Shown here one piece after another: positions 43,358 through 53,459 of a stretch of DNA of 64,000 bases. The notes under the pieces are model-generated. The model did not search any database and had not been told where the DNA came from. It saw only the letters and a list, made by a program, of their open reading frames with translations. Source of the stretch: an uncultured Rickettsiales bacterium (GTDB lineage Bacteria; Pseudomonadota; Alphaproteobacteria; Rickettsiales; UBA1997); NCBI GenBank assembly GCA_944391025.1, contig CALXSC010000110.1, positions 2,406-66,405 on the forward strand, given 5' to 3'. The position numbers and the translations under genes were made by a program. How positions within the stretch are numbered: the stretch's first letter is position 1; the number at the start of each line of letters is the position of its first letter.

Positions 43358-44078
43358 GTTGTTAATACTAGGAGATATCCACGGAAAAACTCAGTGGTTG
43401 AATATTATAAATAAGGAAAGTCCAGATCTTACTATCTTCTTAGGAGATTATGTAACTACACATGATGATATTAGCTCAGAACAGCAGATAGCTAATCTAG
43501 AAGATATATTATCTTATAAAGAAGATAACAACGATTCTGTTATTTTGCTTAGAGGCAATCACGACGTACAGATGCTCGGGTATTATTGGGCACAATGTTC
43601 TGGTTTTGATCCTAAGGTAGCAGAGTATATGAGTTCTCCTGAATTTAGAGATAGGTTTCTTAAACTTACTCAATGGGTATATATTGATGAAGATTTGAAA
43701 ACTATATTTTCTCATGCTGGAGTATCTGAAGTTTGGTTAAAAGAAATAGCTAAACTTAATAATATCTACGAGATTAATGATTTACCTCCGTGTGAATTAT
43801 TTGGTTTTACTCCTAATTCATTTCACGATAATACTGGAGATTCTATTACTCAACCTCCTATTTGGATTAGACCTACATCTTTAGCTGAATGCTATGTAAA
43901 GCATTGGAATCAAGTAGTAGGACATACTCCAGTATATAAGATAACTAATATAAAAGATATTATTGATATTGAAGAGAATCTCTGGCTGTGTGATTCTTTG
44001 GGAGTAAATCAGTATTTAGTAATAGATAACGATAAATTTCAACCTAAAACTTTGAACAATGATAGTACCTATTTATAA
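43347..44078 (+). CDS. Ser/Thr phosphatase-like metallophosphoesterase
   Basis: LILGDIHGK, GDYV, RGNHD, FSHAG, GHTP. Confidence 0.8.
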   Translation: MKNKLLILGDIHGKTQWLNIINKESPDLTIFLGDYVTTHDDISSEQQIANLEDILSYKEDNNDSVILLRGNHDVQMLGYYWAQCSGFDPKVAEYMSSPEFRDRFLKLTQWVYIDEDLKTIFSHAGVSEVWLKEIAKLNNIYEINDLPPCELFGFTPNSFHDNTGDSITQPPIWIRPTSLAECYVKHWNQVVGHTPVYKITNIKDIIDIEENLWLCDSLGVNQYLVIDNDKFQPKTLNNDSTYL

Positions 44079-44151
44079 CAATTCTGATAATAAAATCTTT
44101 TCTAATTTCACTTTTTTATTCGTTTGATTTGGATGCTATATACGATCTAAC

Positions 44152-44161
44152 TATATTTGTA
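44152..44161 (+). promoter_or_regulatory. TATATTTGTA -7 box with TTTG 20 nt upstream
   Basis: ATTTGG 44128-44132, N20, TATATTTGTA; 22 nt before ATG 44184. Confidence 0.45.
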
Positions 44162-44183
44162 TAGAATTATAAAAATATATTAT

Positions 44184-45527
44184 ATGGCATATACAAAAGA
44201 ATAGTTTGAAAAAATGATTTAGGAAAAGTATCCTAATATAGAATTAATTACAGATTATACTAAAATGAGAGAACCAATTAGTGCTAGATGTAAAATATGT
44301 GGACATGAATGGTCTTTAAAGTAGGCAGCAAGTCTTATTAAATCAGGTTGCCCTAAATGTTCTTTAATTAAAAAAGGTATAAATCGTAGAAAAAGTCATG
44401 AAGATTTTTTAAAAGAATTATCTGAATTAAATTCAGACATAGATATTTTATCTAAATACTCAAAAGCAAAAGATCCTATTTAGTGTAAATGTAAAATATG
44501 TGGATATGAATGGGAAACAACTCCTGATACTTTACTTAAAGGATCAAGTTGTCCTAAATGTGCATAGATAAAATTACATAAATCTCAAAAATTATCTATG
44601 GAAGAAATAGAACAACGAGTTACTTCCATTAATTCTAATATAGTTTTATTAGATGAGTATAAAAATGCAAAAAGTCATATTAAATGTCATTGTAATAAAC
44701 ATAATATTGACTTTGAAGTCTATAGTGAAACTCTTTTATATGGAAAATATATTTGTCCATTATGTACAAAAGAAGGAATTAGTAATAGTAAATTAAAAAC
44801 TCATGAAGAGTTTATAGAAGAGTTACATAGAGTGCATAGTAATTTGATTCCGTTAGAACAGTATAAAGGCGCTAATCATAAAATTAAAATGAAGTGTCTT
44901 AAATGTGGACATGAAAGATACGTATTTCCAAATAATATATTTAGATTTGGGGATGGATGTCCAAAATGCCTAGGAATTATAACAGGACAAGAAGATTTTA
45001 TATAGTAGGTACAAGAAGTTCATAATTTTAAGTATAATTATGACAAAACTATTTATACAGGCAGACATAATAAATTAGTTATAACCTGTCCTATTCATGG
45101 AGATTTTGAATAGGAAGCTGGCGCTCATTTATGTGGGTCTGGATGTCCTAAATGTAAACAATCTAAAGGAGAAACATTAGTTTCTTAGGTACTATAGAAT
45201 TTAAAAATTGAATACATATCACAATTTATTATAAACGATCCTGTATATTTCTCCAATAATAGATTTGTAAAGTTAGATTTTTATTTTAATTATAATCAAA
45301 TTGATTATGTAGTAGAATATAACGGGCCTTAGCATTATAAGCCCATTACCTATTTTGGAGGAGAAGAATAGTTTAAAAAGCAATAGCTTAGAGATAAATG
45401 TGTTAGAAAATACTGTAAAGATAAAAATTTATTCTTGATAGAAATACCTCATACTTATAAAGATCTTGAATCTATTTCTAATTTAATTAAAAATATTATA
45501 CATTATGAAAGTAGAAATATACAATAA
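44184..45527 (+). CDS. four zinc-ribbon repeats fused to a PD-(D/E)XK (Vsr/DUF559-like) nuclease domain; 13 in-frame TAG codons; homing-endonuclease-like
   Basis: 447 codons with no TAA or TGA; includes track ORF 44598-45005. Repeats ..(I/L)..Y......I...C..CGHEW......L..G..CPKC; C-terminal DF.....DYVVEYNGP-TAG-HY. Confidence 0.75.
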
Positions 45528-46020
45528 TTCTTCTTGGAAACAAGGAGTCTATGCTCATCCTACAGATGCAGGATGTGATGTGCGTGCTGACTTTAGTAGA
45601 GTTTCTCCTGATAATCCTATTAAAGTATTCGGAGGAGGAGAGATAATATTTGCTGGAGATGGACATCCAATTACTATGTTGAGGTTAGAACCAGGTTCAA
45701 GAGCATTAATCCCTACTGGTATTCATACTTCTATTCCTGAAGGTTATGAAATTCAAGTCAGGCCTAGAAGTGGATGGGCATTAAAGAAAGGATTAACAAT
45801 CATTAACACACCGGGCACTGTGGACCAAAATTTTAAAGCAGAAATAGGTGTAATCTTAGTAAATTTAGGTTTAGAAGATGTCTGGATTGAAGATGGAGAA
45901 CGTATTGCTCAATTTGTTCTAAATAAGGTAGAACACATAGATTGGGAACCTGTTAAAAGTATTACAGATCTATCTGGAGAAGATAGAGGAGGTGGTTTTG
46001 GAAGTACTAATACAAAATAA
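45505..46020 (+). CDS. dut: dUTPase
   Basis: AGCDV, RPRSGWALKKG, GTVDQNF, GGFGSTN in canonical order. Confidence 0.85.
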   Translation: MKVEIYNNSSWKQGVYAHPTDAGCDVRADFSRVSPDNPIKVFGGGEIIFAGDGHPITMLRLEPGSRALIPTGIHTSIPEGYEIQVRPRSGWALKKGLTIINTPGTVDQNFKAEIGVILVNLGLEDVWIEDGERIAQFVLNKVEHIDWEPVKSITDLSGEDRGGGFGSTNTK

Positions 46021-46025
46021 ATAAT

Positions 46026-46394
46026 ATGGGCTTGGATATTTGGTTTGAAAAGAGAAAGACTATTACTAAAGAACTAGATTACTTTAGGAAAGTTAATTTC
46101 TTAGTAAAGTATTTTGAAGGAAGGGGAGCTGATATTGATTCTCAAATACCTTTTCCTATGACTAAAGACGATGCAGAAGAATTACTTAATAGATGTGAAG
46201 AAGTTTTAAAAGACCATAGTAAAGCTGAGGAATTACTTCCAACTATGGAAGGATTTTTCTTTGGACCTACTGATTATGATGAATACTATTTTGATGATGT
46301 AGAAAGAGTTAGAAATTCATTAATTACTAAAGTAATTCCTGCATTTGATACTCTAGAGAATGATGAAAATATTTATTTTACAATTTGGTGGTAA
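46026..46394 (+). CDS. hypothetical protein
   Basis: Track ORF 122 aa. Confidence 0.65.
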   Translation: MGLDIWFEKRKTITKELDYFRKVNFLVKYFEGRGADIDSQIPFPMTKDDAEELLNRCEEVLKDHSKAEELLPTMEGFFFGPTDYDEYYFDDVERVRNSLITKVIPAFDTLENDENIYFTIWW

Positions 46395-46443
46395 ATGAAA
46401 GGTTTTATTAAAACAGACGCCATAGTTGGGCGGCTAGACTAAT

Positions 46444-46626
46444 ATGGATAAAGAATTATTTTTAAAAGAAATTTCTCTAAAAGCATCAAAATATGTAAGA
46501 GAAATATTGTGTAATCCTGAAGACCATGAGGATGAAGTACAAGCAATCACTGAAGACTTTATAGCAGGTGCTTCTGCTGCCTATGATTTATTAACTAATT
46601 TAAGACATACTAAATATGATAACTAA
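46444..46626 (+). CDS. hypothetical protein
   Basis: Track ORF 60 aa. Confidence 0.55.
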   Translation: MDKELFLKEISLKASKYVREILCNPEDHEDEVQAITEDFIAGASAAYDLLTNLRHTKYDN

Positions 46627-46918
46627 AGAAGAGTTTGTTAAACTGATTAATGATTATATTAAATGGGAAGCTCGTATCGAAGAAGTATCTGATGTTTTTG
46701 GAGGCAATCTATTTGAAGTAGATTGGGTAGAATACACTTCTTATCAATTTGAGGATATAATCAAAATTCTATTTAACGAATTTGGAGTAGATACAATATT
46801 CTGGTGGGTCTTTGAAAAAAGACTTAATCCAGAATTAAAGATCTACGAAGAAGATGTTGAGATTACTTGTGATACAGTAGAAGATCTTTATGAAATTGTA
46901 AAAACTAATTTAAAATAA
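46616..46918 (+). CDS. hypothetical protein
   Basis: Track ORF 100 aa. Confidence 0.65.
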   Translation: MITKEEFVKLINDYIKWEARIEEVSDVFGGNLFEVDWVEYTSYQFEDIIKILFNEFGVDTIFWWVFEKRLNPELKIYEEDVEITCDTVEDLYEIVKTNLK

Positions 46919-46926
46919 TTTTTTTT

Positions 46927-47211
46927 ATGGAAGCTTACGTAGAAAGAATGTGTAGTGAGCATAAAGCTCTTAGTGAAAAAATTGCTAAACTTGTTACATG
47001 GATTAATAATCCTGAAAATAATGATCCTAAACCTGAATTTGCTCTTAAATTTGCTCAGGCTAAAGCTATGATTTCTTATGAAGAATGTCTTAGAAACAGA
47101 CTTATGCTTGTAGGTATTACTGTTTCAAATGGACAGTATTTTGAAAAACCTGTTGAAGTAAATTCAGAAGAAACCCCAGTAAAGGAAGACACCCAATCTA
47201 ATGAAAATTAA
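46927..47211 (+). CDS. hypothetical protein
   Basis: Track ORF 94 aa. Confidence 0.65.
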   Translation: MEAYVERMCSEHKALSEKIAKLVTWINNPENNDPKPEFALKFAQAKAMISYEECLRNRLMLVGITVSNGQYFEKPVEVNSEETPVKEDTQSNEN

Positions 47212-47464
47212 ATTTAAATCTAATTACCTAAACATATATGAGGAAGAAGAGTCTCTTAGAGAGGCTCTTTTACCTTATTTTGATGAAGTAATTTATAATA
47301 TATTCATTAAAGATTTTACATCTTTAGAAGAACTAAAAGATTTTTGTAGTAAAATTAGAAAAGTATACAGTTCTTTTGATATGATGTATCTTTTTAAATA
47401 TCCAGATTTTATATATAAACCAGATGAAGATTTAATAGAAATTTATGATTTTTATATAGAATGA
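47201..47464 (+). CDS. hypothetical protein
   Basis: Track ORF 87 aa. Confidence 0.6.
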   Translation: MKIKFKSNYLNIYEEEESLREALLPYFDEVIYNIFIKDFTSLEELKDFCSKIRKVYSSFDMMYLFKYPDFIYKPDEDLIEIYDFYIE

Positions 47465-48657
47465 CTACACTAATTGGAAAAGATTCTAAAGGTAAACTGA
47501 GAGTAGTGCTAGCCTCTTACAATTGGGATGATAATCAGAATGGATATGTTATATACAGAACTACTGGAACCTATAAAGGTAAGTTAACGAATCAACCTGA
47601 ATTATTGATTTCTAAAGGTAAAGCTGGAAGAAGTGTTACAGAACAATGTACTTTAGAATTTAATTCTATAATTAAAAAATATCTTGATAAAGGATATAAA
47701 CTTCTAGAAAATTCTTTAGATTCTTATTCTGAAGAAGAATTATATTCTATAGTTGGAGAAGTTACTACTAATCAACTAGGCGTTCCTAAACCTATGCTTG
47801 CTAAACAAGAAGATAAAGTAACGAATAGAAAGATCTTTGATAAAGAATGGTATGCGAGTAGAAAAATAGACGGTGTTAGATGCCTCATGTATTGGGATGG
47901 TAAAGAAATAAGAACTGCATCTAGAGGTGGAGGTGATTACGATCCTTCTACTTCTATGATTAGAAATCACCCAGCACTTATAGAATACTTTAAAGACCAC
48001 GAACATATAATTCTTGATGGCGAATTGTATAAACATGGTAAATCTTTACAACAAATTAGTGGTGCTGCTAGGTTAGAGAAAACTGCTGATGGTATTGACT
48101 GGATACAGTACTACGTATATGATGTAATCGACTTGCTAGACCCAAGTAGGCCATTCAGTAGTAGGCTGGAAGAATTAGAATTCATGGAATCTACTCTTCC
48201 TGTGCAGTTTGATCCAAATAAGGAATATTCTGGAGAAGACTTACGAGTACAGATAGTTCCTCATGTTCTTATAAAAGGATGGGACAATATAATGGCTTTA
48301 CATGATCAATATGTTAGTGAAGGTTTTGAAGGACTTGTATTAAGAGATCCTAGTAAGCTTTATAAGCCTAATGGTAGGACAAATGATATGATCAAAGTCA
48401 AAAAATATTTGGATAAAGAATTCGAAATCACTGGATTATCTGAAGGGCTAAGAGATGAAGATATGTGTTTTACTTTGGTTACTGAAGATGGTAAAGAATT
48501 TAAAGCAAAGCCAATGGGAAGTAGAGAACTTAAGCAGCAATATAGAGAAGATCTTGATAAACTTATTGGTAAGATGGCAACTGTAAAATATTTTTATCTC
48601 AGTGACGAAGGAACTCCACTTCAGCCAGTATTGAAAGCAATTAGAGATTACGAATAA
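47461..48657 (+). CDS. ATP-dependent DNA ligase
   Basis: Adenylation motif I SRKIDGVRC (KxDG), DGELY, EGLVLRD, IKVKK. Confidence 0.85.
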   Translation: MTTLIGKDSKGKLRVVLASYNWDDNQNGYVIYRTTGTYKGKLTNQPELLISKGKAGRSVTEQCTLEFNSIIKKYLDKGYKLLENSLDSYSEEELYSIVGEVTTNQLGVPKPMLAKQEDKVTNRKIFDKEWYASRKIDGVRCLMYWDGKEIRTASRGGGDYDPSTSMIRNHPALIEYFKDHEHIILDGELYKHGKSLQQISGAARLEKTADGIDWIQYYVYDVIDLLDPSRPFSSRLEELEFMESTLPVQFDPNKEYSGEDLRVQIVPHVLIKGWDNIMALHDQYVSEGFEGLVLRDPSKLYKPNGRTNDMIKVKKYLDKEFEITGLSEGLRDEDMCFTLVTEDGKEFKAKPMGSRELKQQYREDLDKLIGKMATVKYFYLSDEGTPLQPVLKAIRDYE

Positions 48658-48674
48658 ATTTAATTTTTATAATT

Positions 48675-48941
48675 ATGACTAAAGACGAAGTTATTAATGC
48701 TTGTATTAAAGCTATTCAAGATTTTAAACTAGAGCAAATATTCATAGATAGAGTATATTATGACGAAGACTGGATAATACTAAGTCTTTGTGGAGGATTT
48801 CGTAATCCTAGTAAAAATAATTGTAGCACTTATCTAGAACAAATTAGAGAACTAATTGATGAACTAGATGCATATCTATTTGATTGGTTCTATAACGAAA
48901 TAGATGACTCTTATTCTACTTCTATAGCTATTAAAAAATGA
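48675..48941 (+). CDS. hypothetical protein
   Basis: Track ORF 88 aa. Confidence 0.65.
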   Translation: MTKDEVINACIKAIQDFKLEQIFIDRVYYDEDWIILSLCGGFRNPSKNNCSTYLEQIRELIDELDAYLFDWFYNEIDDSYSTSIAIKK

Positions 48942-49453
48942 ATTTTAAAGGAGATATTATAATTACTGATCCTTGTTATGTTATAAAGGATGAACACTGG
49001 GAAAAATCCAATTATGGATTAGATTTGAGTCAATTTGGATTTACTCGGTATATAACAAATAATACTTTATATGGAGATTGGAGTTGTTCTACATATACTA
49101 CAGATAAAGATATTATTGAGCAGCTTAATCAATTATACGCTCTTTATGAGGAAGTAAAAAAGTATGATGCAGGCTCTTTAAAGTATTCTGAGGAATGCAT
49201 TAAAATTAAGAAACTATATGATAATTGGAGGGAACTTGGAAGATTTTGTGCAGATGCTGGAATGGTATCTGTACTTTATTTAGATGAAGTTCTAAAATAC
49301 AATCCAGAATTTAATTATCACATTAATAGACCCTGGACTACTACTCTTATTAGAGACTTTAATGGGGATATTGATAAAATGATTATTGATAGAAATCTTC
49401 ATATTATAGGTAAAGGAAATATTAACTTTTTTACAATTCAAACAGGATTCTAA
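48938..49453 (+). CDS. hypothetical protein
   Basis: Track ORF 171 aa. Confidence 0.7.
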   Translation: MNFKGDIIITDPCYVIKDEHWEKSNYGLDLSQFGFTRYITNNTLYGDWSCSTYTTDKDIIEQLNQLYALYEEVKKYDAGSLKYSEECIKIKKLYDNWRELGRFCADAGMVSVLYLDEVLKYNPEFNYHINRPWTTTLIRDFNGDIDKMIIDRNLHIIGKGNINFFTIQTGF

Positions 49454-49616
49454 TGGATAAACTTAAAGTAATTTCAATGCTTCTTGACATAGCTAAAGTG
49501 GGAGTTCAGTTAGATGTTCATGGTAAAGTAGATTGCCAAACTAATTTAAATAATGTATTAGCTACTTTATTAAATTATACTGATAAACTTATTAATGAAG
49601 TTAATAAAAATGACTA
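49454..49616 (+). CDS. small hypothetical protein (53 aa)
   Basis: ATG immediately after previous stop; open frame to TGA 49614-49616. Confidence 0.4.
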
Positions 49617-49727
49617 AAATAAAAAAGAAGTCTAAAAATATTCATTATAAAGTAAAAGATAATTTAAATTATCCAAAAATAGATTTTATAGAAAAACAAT
49701 TATTAATTAAAAACATTTGTATTTAAT

Positions 49728-49973
49728 ATGGAATATACTGAATATGTTAATTTTCTTATTGAAAATTCCGATGATTATAAGTTTGTAGTAAATATAGTTA
49801 ATGATAAAAAGTATTATCAAGTTTATTTTAAAGATCCTGATACAGGTCGTACTTCTCAGTTTATTCATTTTACAATCGAAGATGAAGATATAATTGATTA
49901 CTTTACAAATACTGTTGTAGGTGATTCTAATTATCTTGATTTAGATGATTTTGAAGAGTTGGCTAAACAATGA
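49728..49973 (+). CDS. hypothetical protein (tandem paralog of 49970-50215)
   Basis: Both 81 aa; MEYTEYVNFLIENSDDYKF vs MTFDKFINWLVDNPEGYKF. Confidence 0.65.
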   Translation: MEYTEYVNFLIENSDDYKFVVNIVNDKKYYQVYFKDPDTGRTSQFIHFTIEDEDIIDYFTNTVVGDSNYLDLDDFEELAKQ

Positions 49974-50215
49974 CATTTGATAAATTTATAAATTGGTTGG
50001 TAGATAATCCAGAAGGATATAAATTCTGGATTATCTACTTTAATCAACAATATATGTATGTTGTTTATAAAATCAGCAATAATAATACTTTATCTGAAAT
50101 TATTAGATTTTATATTATAAACAATGATGTGAAAGAAGGATATACTGATCTAGTAATATGTCCTAAAAGTAAAATCAACTTAGAAAGATTTAACGAATTG
50201 TGCAAAGAATTTTAA
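49970..50215 (+). CDS. hypothetical protein (tandem paralog)
   Basis: Track ORF 81 aa. Confidence 0.65.
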   Translation: MTFDKFINWLVDNPEGYKFWIIYFNQQYMYVVYKISNNNTLSEIIRFYIINNDVKEGYTDLVICPKSKINLERFNELCKEF

Positions 50216-50219
50216 AGAT

Positions 50220-50876
50220 ATGAAAAGTAATTTATTACATATTTGTTTTGTATTAGATGAAAGTGGTTCAATGTATTATTCTAGTACAGATGTCATTGGC
50301 GGTTTTAAATCTTTAATAGAGGAACAAAAGAAGCAAAATCAAGGAGAATGTATAATATCTGTTTATAAATTTTCTGATGAAGTAAAACATGATTATATAG
50401 GTAAATCTATATATGAAATACCTGATTTAGAATATTCTCCTGGAGGATGTACTGCTATGAATGATGGAATAGGTACAGCTATTGATGAAATTGGTGAATG
50501 GCTATCTAATATGGATGAATCAGAACGTCCGTCTAAAAATCTAATAGTTATTATGACCGATGGACAGGAAAATAGTTCTAAAAAGTATTCATTCAAAGAT
50601 GTTAAGGATAGAATCAAACATCAAGAAGAAAAATATAATTGGTCGTTTGTTTATATGGGAACTGATCTAGCTGATACAGAAGAAGCTACTAATCTCGGTA
50701 TTGTATATAAGTCTGTTTCAGGAAGAGATAATATTGTAGCTAATTATAGAACGATATGTACTTATGCCACTAATTATAGAAATGCTAAAAATGAATCTGA
50801 TATTTTGTTAGCTCAAATTACCTTAGATAATACATTGAATAATGATACTACAAATTATTATAAAGGTATTAAATGA
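50220..50876 (+). CDS. von Willebrand factor A (vWA) domain protein
   Basis: MIDAS DESGSM, T in CTAMNDG, MTDGQEN. Confidence 0.8.
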   Translation: MKSNLLHICFVLDESGSMYYSSTDVIGGFKSLIEEQKKQNQGECIISVYKFSDEVKHDYIGKSIYEIPDLEYSPGGCTAMNDGIGTAIDEIGEWLSNMDESERPSKNLIVIMTDGQENSSKKYSFKDVKDRIKHQEEKYNWSFVYMGTDLADTEEATNLGIVYKSVSGRDNIVANYRTICTYATNYRNAKNESDILLAQITLDNTLNNDTTNYYKGIK

Positions 50877-51721
50877 GAGGTATAAGAATCTCTAAATCTA
50901 TAACTGATAGACAGGATGAATCTTTAAAAATATTTTTTAAGGAAATATCAAAATATCCTTTACTTGACCAGGACGAAGAAATAGAATTAGCAAGAAGAAT
51001 ACAAAAAGGAGATGAAAAAGCTCTTCAGAAATTAGTAAATTCTAATTTAAGATTTGTTGTTTCAGTAGCTAAACAGTATCAAGGTAAAGGAATTCCTCTA
51101 GTTGATTTAATTCAAGAAGGCTGTGACGGAATTATAATTGCTGCTAAGAAGTTTGATCCAAATAGAGGAATTAAATTTATATCTTATGCTGTATGGTGGA
51201 TAAGACAAGTAATTGTAAAAGCATTATCTGATCATTGTAGAGTAGTTAGAGTTCCAGTAAGTCAAATTCTATATCTAAGTAGAATAAATAAATCTGTAGA
51301 AAAACTTGAAAAGATATATGAAAGACCTCCGTCTGATGATGAACTAGGGGAAGATATAGATATTAGTTCTGATAAAGTAAATAGTACTTTAAAATATTCT
51401 ATTCGTGCAACTTCGTTAGATACTCCAATTAACGAGGATAATGATAGTCTATTAGATATAATTCCAAATAATTCTGATTTAGTTGATGAACAAATAAATC
51501 AAAATGATTTATATAATACTTTAGATCGGATATTAAATAAACTTCCTAATAGGGAAAGTGATATTTTAAGAATGTTATTTGGAATAGGAATGCCTCCTGT
51601 TTCTCAGGAAAAAATAGCTAATATGTTTGGAATAGGAGGAGAACGAGTTAGACAAATTCAACATAAAGGTCTAGATATGATTAGAAAAAAGTATATAAAA
51701 GAATTAAATGATTTATTATGA
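50873..51721 (+). CDS. sigma-70 family RNA polymerase sigma factor (regions 2, 3, 4)
   Basis: FFKEISKYPLL..DEEIELARRIQKGD, NLRFVVSVAKQYQGKGIPLVDLIQEG..G...A..KFDP.RG.KF.SYA.WWIRQ, region 4 HTH IANMFGIGGERVRQIQHKGL. Confidence 0.85.
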   Translation: MRGIRISKSITDRQDESLKIFFKEISKYPLLDQDEEIELARRIQKGDEKALQKLVNSNLRFVVSVAKQYQGKGIPLVDLIQEGCDGIIIAAKKFDPNRGIKFISYAVWWIRQVIVKALSDHCRVVRVPVSQILYLSRINKSVEKLEKIYERPPSDDELGEDIDISSDKVNSTLKYSIRATSLDTPINEDNDSLLDIIPNNSDLVDEQINQNDLYNTLDRILNKLPNRESDILRMLFGIGMPPVSQEKIANMFGIGGERVRQIQHKGLDMIRKKYIKELNDLL

Positions 51722-51942
51722 AATACAAACTTTTTGTTGATGAATATGTTTCTTTATGGAGACGTAATGACATAGAGATAGAAGCAGAATCTAAAGAAGA
51801 AGTAATTAGTAAATATAAAGACGGAGAATATGAACTTCTTGATAGCTACTATTTATCAGAAACTGAATCAATGCCTAAGAACTATGAGATTTATAATGAT
51901 GAAACTGAAGAGCTTATTTATTCTGAAATTTTAGAGGAATGA
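51718..51942 (+). CDS. hypothetical acidic protein
   Basis: Track ORF 74 aa. Confidence 0.6.
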   Translation: MKYKLFVDEYVSLWRRNDIEIEAESKEEVISKYKDGEYELLDSYYLSETESMPKNYEIYNDETEELIYSEILEE

Positions 51943-53228
51943 TATATTTAGTAACTAATAATATAGAAATATTTCCTAATGATCTATACACTATAATTAG
52001 CATTGAAGAAAGTCTAAATTTACTTGAACCATTAAAAATAGTAGGATTGGATAGTGAAACTTCAGGATTAAAAGTACATCAAGATAAATTACTTTCTTTA
52101 CAATTAGGATGTTATGAATTTCAAGTAGTTATTGATTGTTCTAGCGTTAATATAACTTATTATAAGGATTATCTCGAATCTGATCGCCTTTTTGTTGGAC
52201 ATAATTTAAAGTTTGATCTTCAGTGGCTTTACCTATATCATATCGTTCCAAAAAACATATATGATACCTATTTAGGAGAACTTATACTATGGAATGGGTA
52301 TCCAATAGTAATTACTCCTGATACTTATGATAAAATTGAGTGTGATAGGTATGAATATGTTCCTGGAGATGAGAAAAGTAAAAAGAAATCTCATTATATG
52401 CTGTCTACTAGCTTAAAGGCTATTTCTAAAATATATCTAGGAATAGATAGAGATAAATCTATTAGAGGTCAAATAATTTGGAAAGGAATCAAAGATTCTT
52501 TAGTTATTCAATATGCTGCTGATGATGTAAAATATATGGAACAATTGATGAATAAGCAATTAGAAGAACTGAAAAGAAATAATCAGGAGAAAGCTATTGA
52601 TTTACTTAATAGGTTTACTGTAGTGGTTGCTTATATGGAGTTCTGTGGAGTGCGGTTAGATACTGCTAAATGGCAAGAAAAAATGAAGAGAGACCAAGCA
52701 GAATTAAATAAATGCATAGATGAAATAACTGAGTGGATAGTTAATGACAATCCTAATTCTCCATATATTTATAGAGATTTTCAGGGAGATCTATTTTCTG
52801 GATATAATACTAAGCCTCAATTAAAGATAAATTTAAATAGCCCTAAACAAGTTATCAGTATGTTTAAATCATATGGAATAACTGTTACTGTAGATAAAAA
52901 AGGTGAAGTTTCTGAATCTATTGATGCAAAATCATTAGCTCCTCAAGCTTCTAAATGCGGTTTAATTCCGATATATCTTAAATATAAAGAACAGGCTAAA
53001 TTAGTTGGTACTTATGGTGAAAATGTTTTAAAGCAAGTAAATAAAAATACAGGCAGATTATATACAAAGTATAATACTAAAGGTACCGACACTTTCAGAA
53101 TATCTTCTGGAGGAAAAGATGGAACTATTAAATATGTTAATATGTTAAATATCCCTTCAGATTCCTTTACTAGATCATGTTTCGTAGCAGAACCTGGTAA
53201 TAAGTGGATTAGTATAGATTTCTCAGGT
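51939..53228 (+). CDS. polA: family A DNA polymerase, exon 1 (3'-5' exonuclease and N-terminal polymerase part)
   Basis: Exo I VGLDSETSG, Exo II HNLKFDLQWL, Exo III YAADDV; ends ..ISIDFSG inside motif A. Confidence 0.85.
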
Positions 53229-53459
53229 TAAAAATACTTCATATAATGTTTATATGATAATGCTCATTATTTTTTTTTAAAGAAAAATAATTTTGGCCCT
53301 ATATTAAAGAAATTTAATATAAGTAACTCCGTAAATTCAGTTAATGGAGAGTATCCTAAGACTGAGCCAAGCCTTACTAAGGAAGGTGCAGAGACTAGAA
53401 ACGGAGAACCTAATGAGTAATACTCTATGGTTAAGGTATAGTCCAACGTAAGTACGTTG
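53229..53459 (+). mobile_element. group I intron (IC3-like), ORF-less, 231 nt
   Basis: Exon ends in U (GGT|), intron ends in G (ACGTTG|). TGAGCCAAGCC, GGAAGGTGCAGAGACTAGAAACGG (53381-53404), GGTATAGTCCAAC (53435-53447). Splicing restores motif A DFSG|QESFLLA. Confidence 0.8.
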
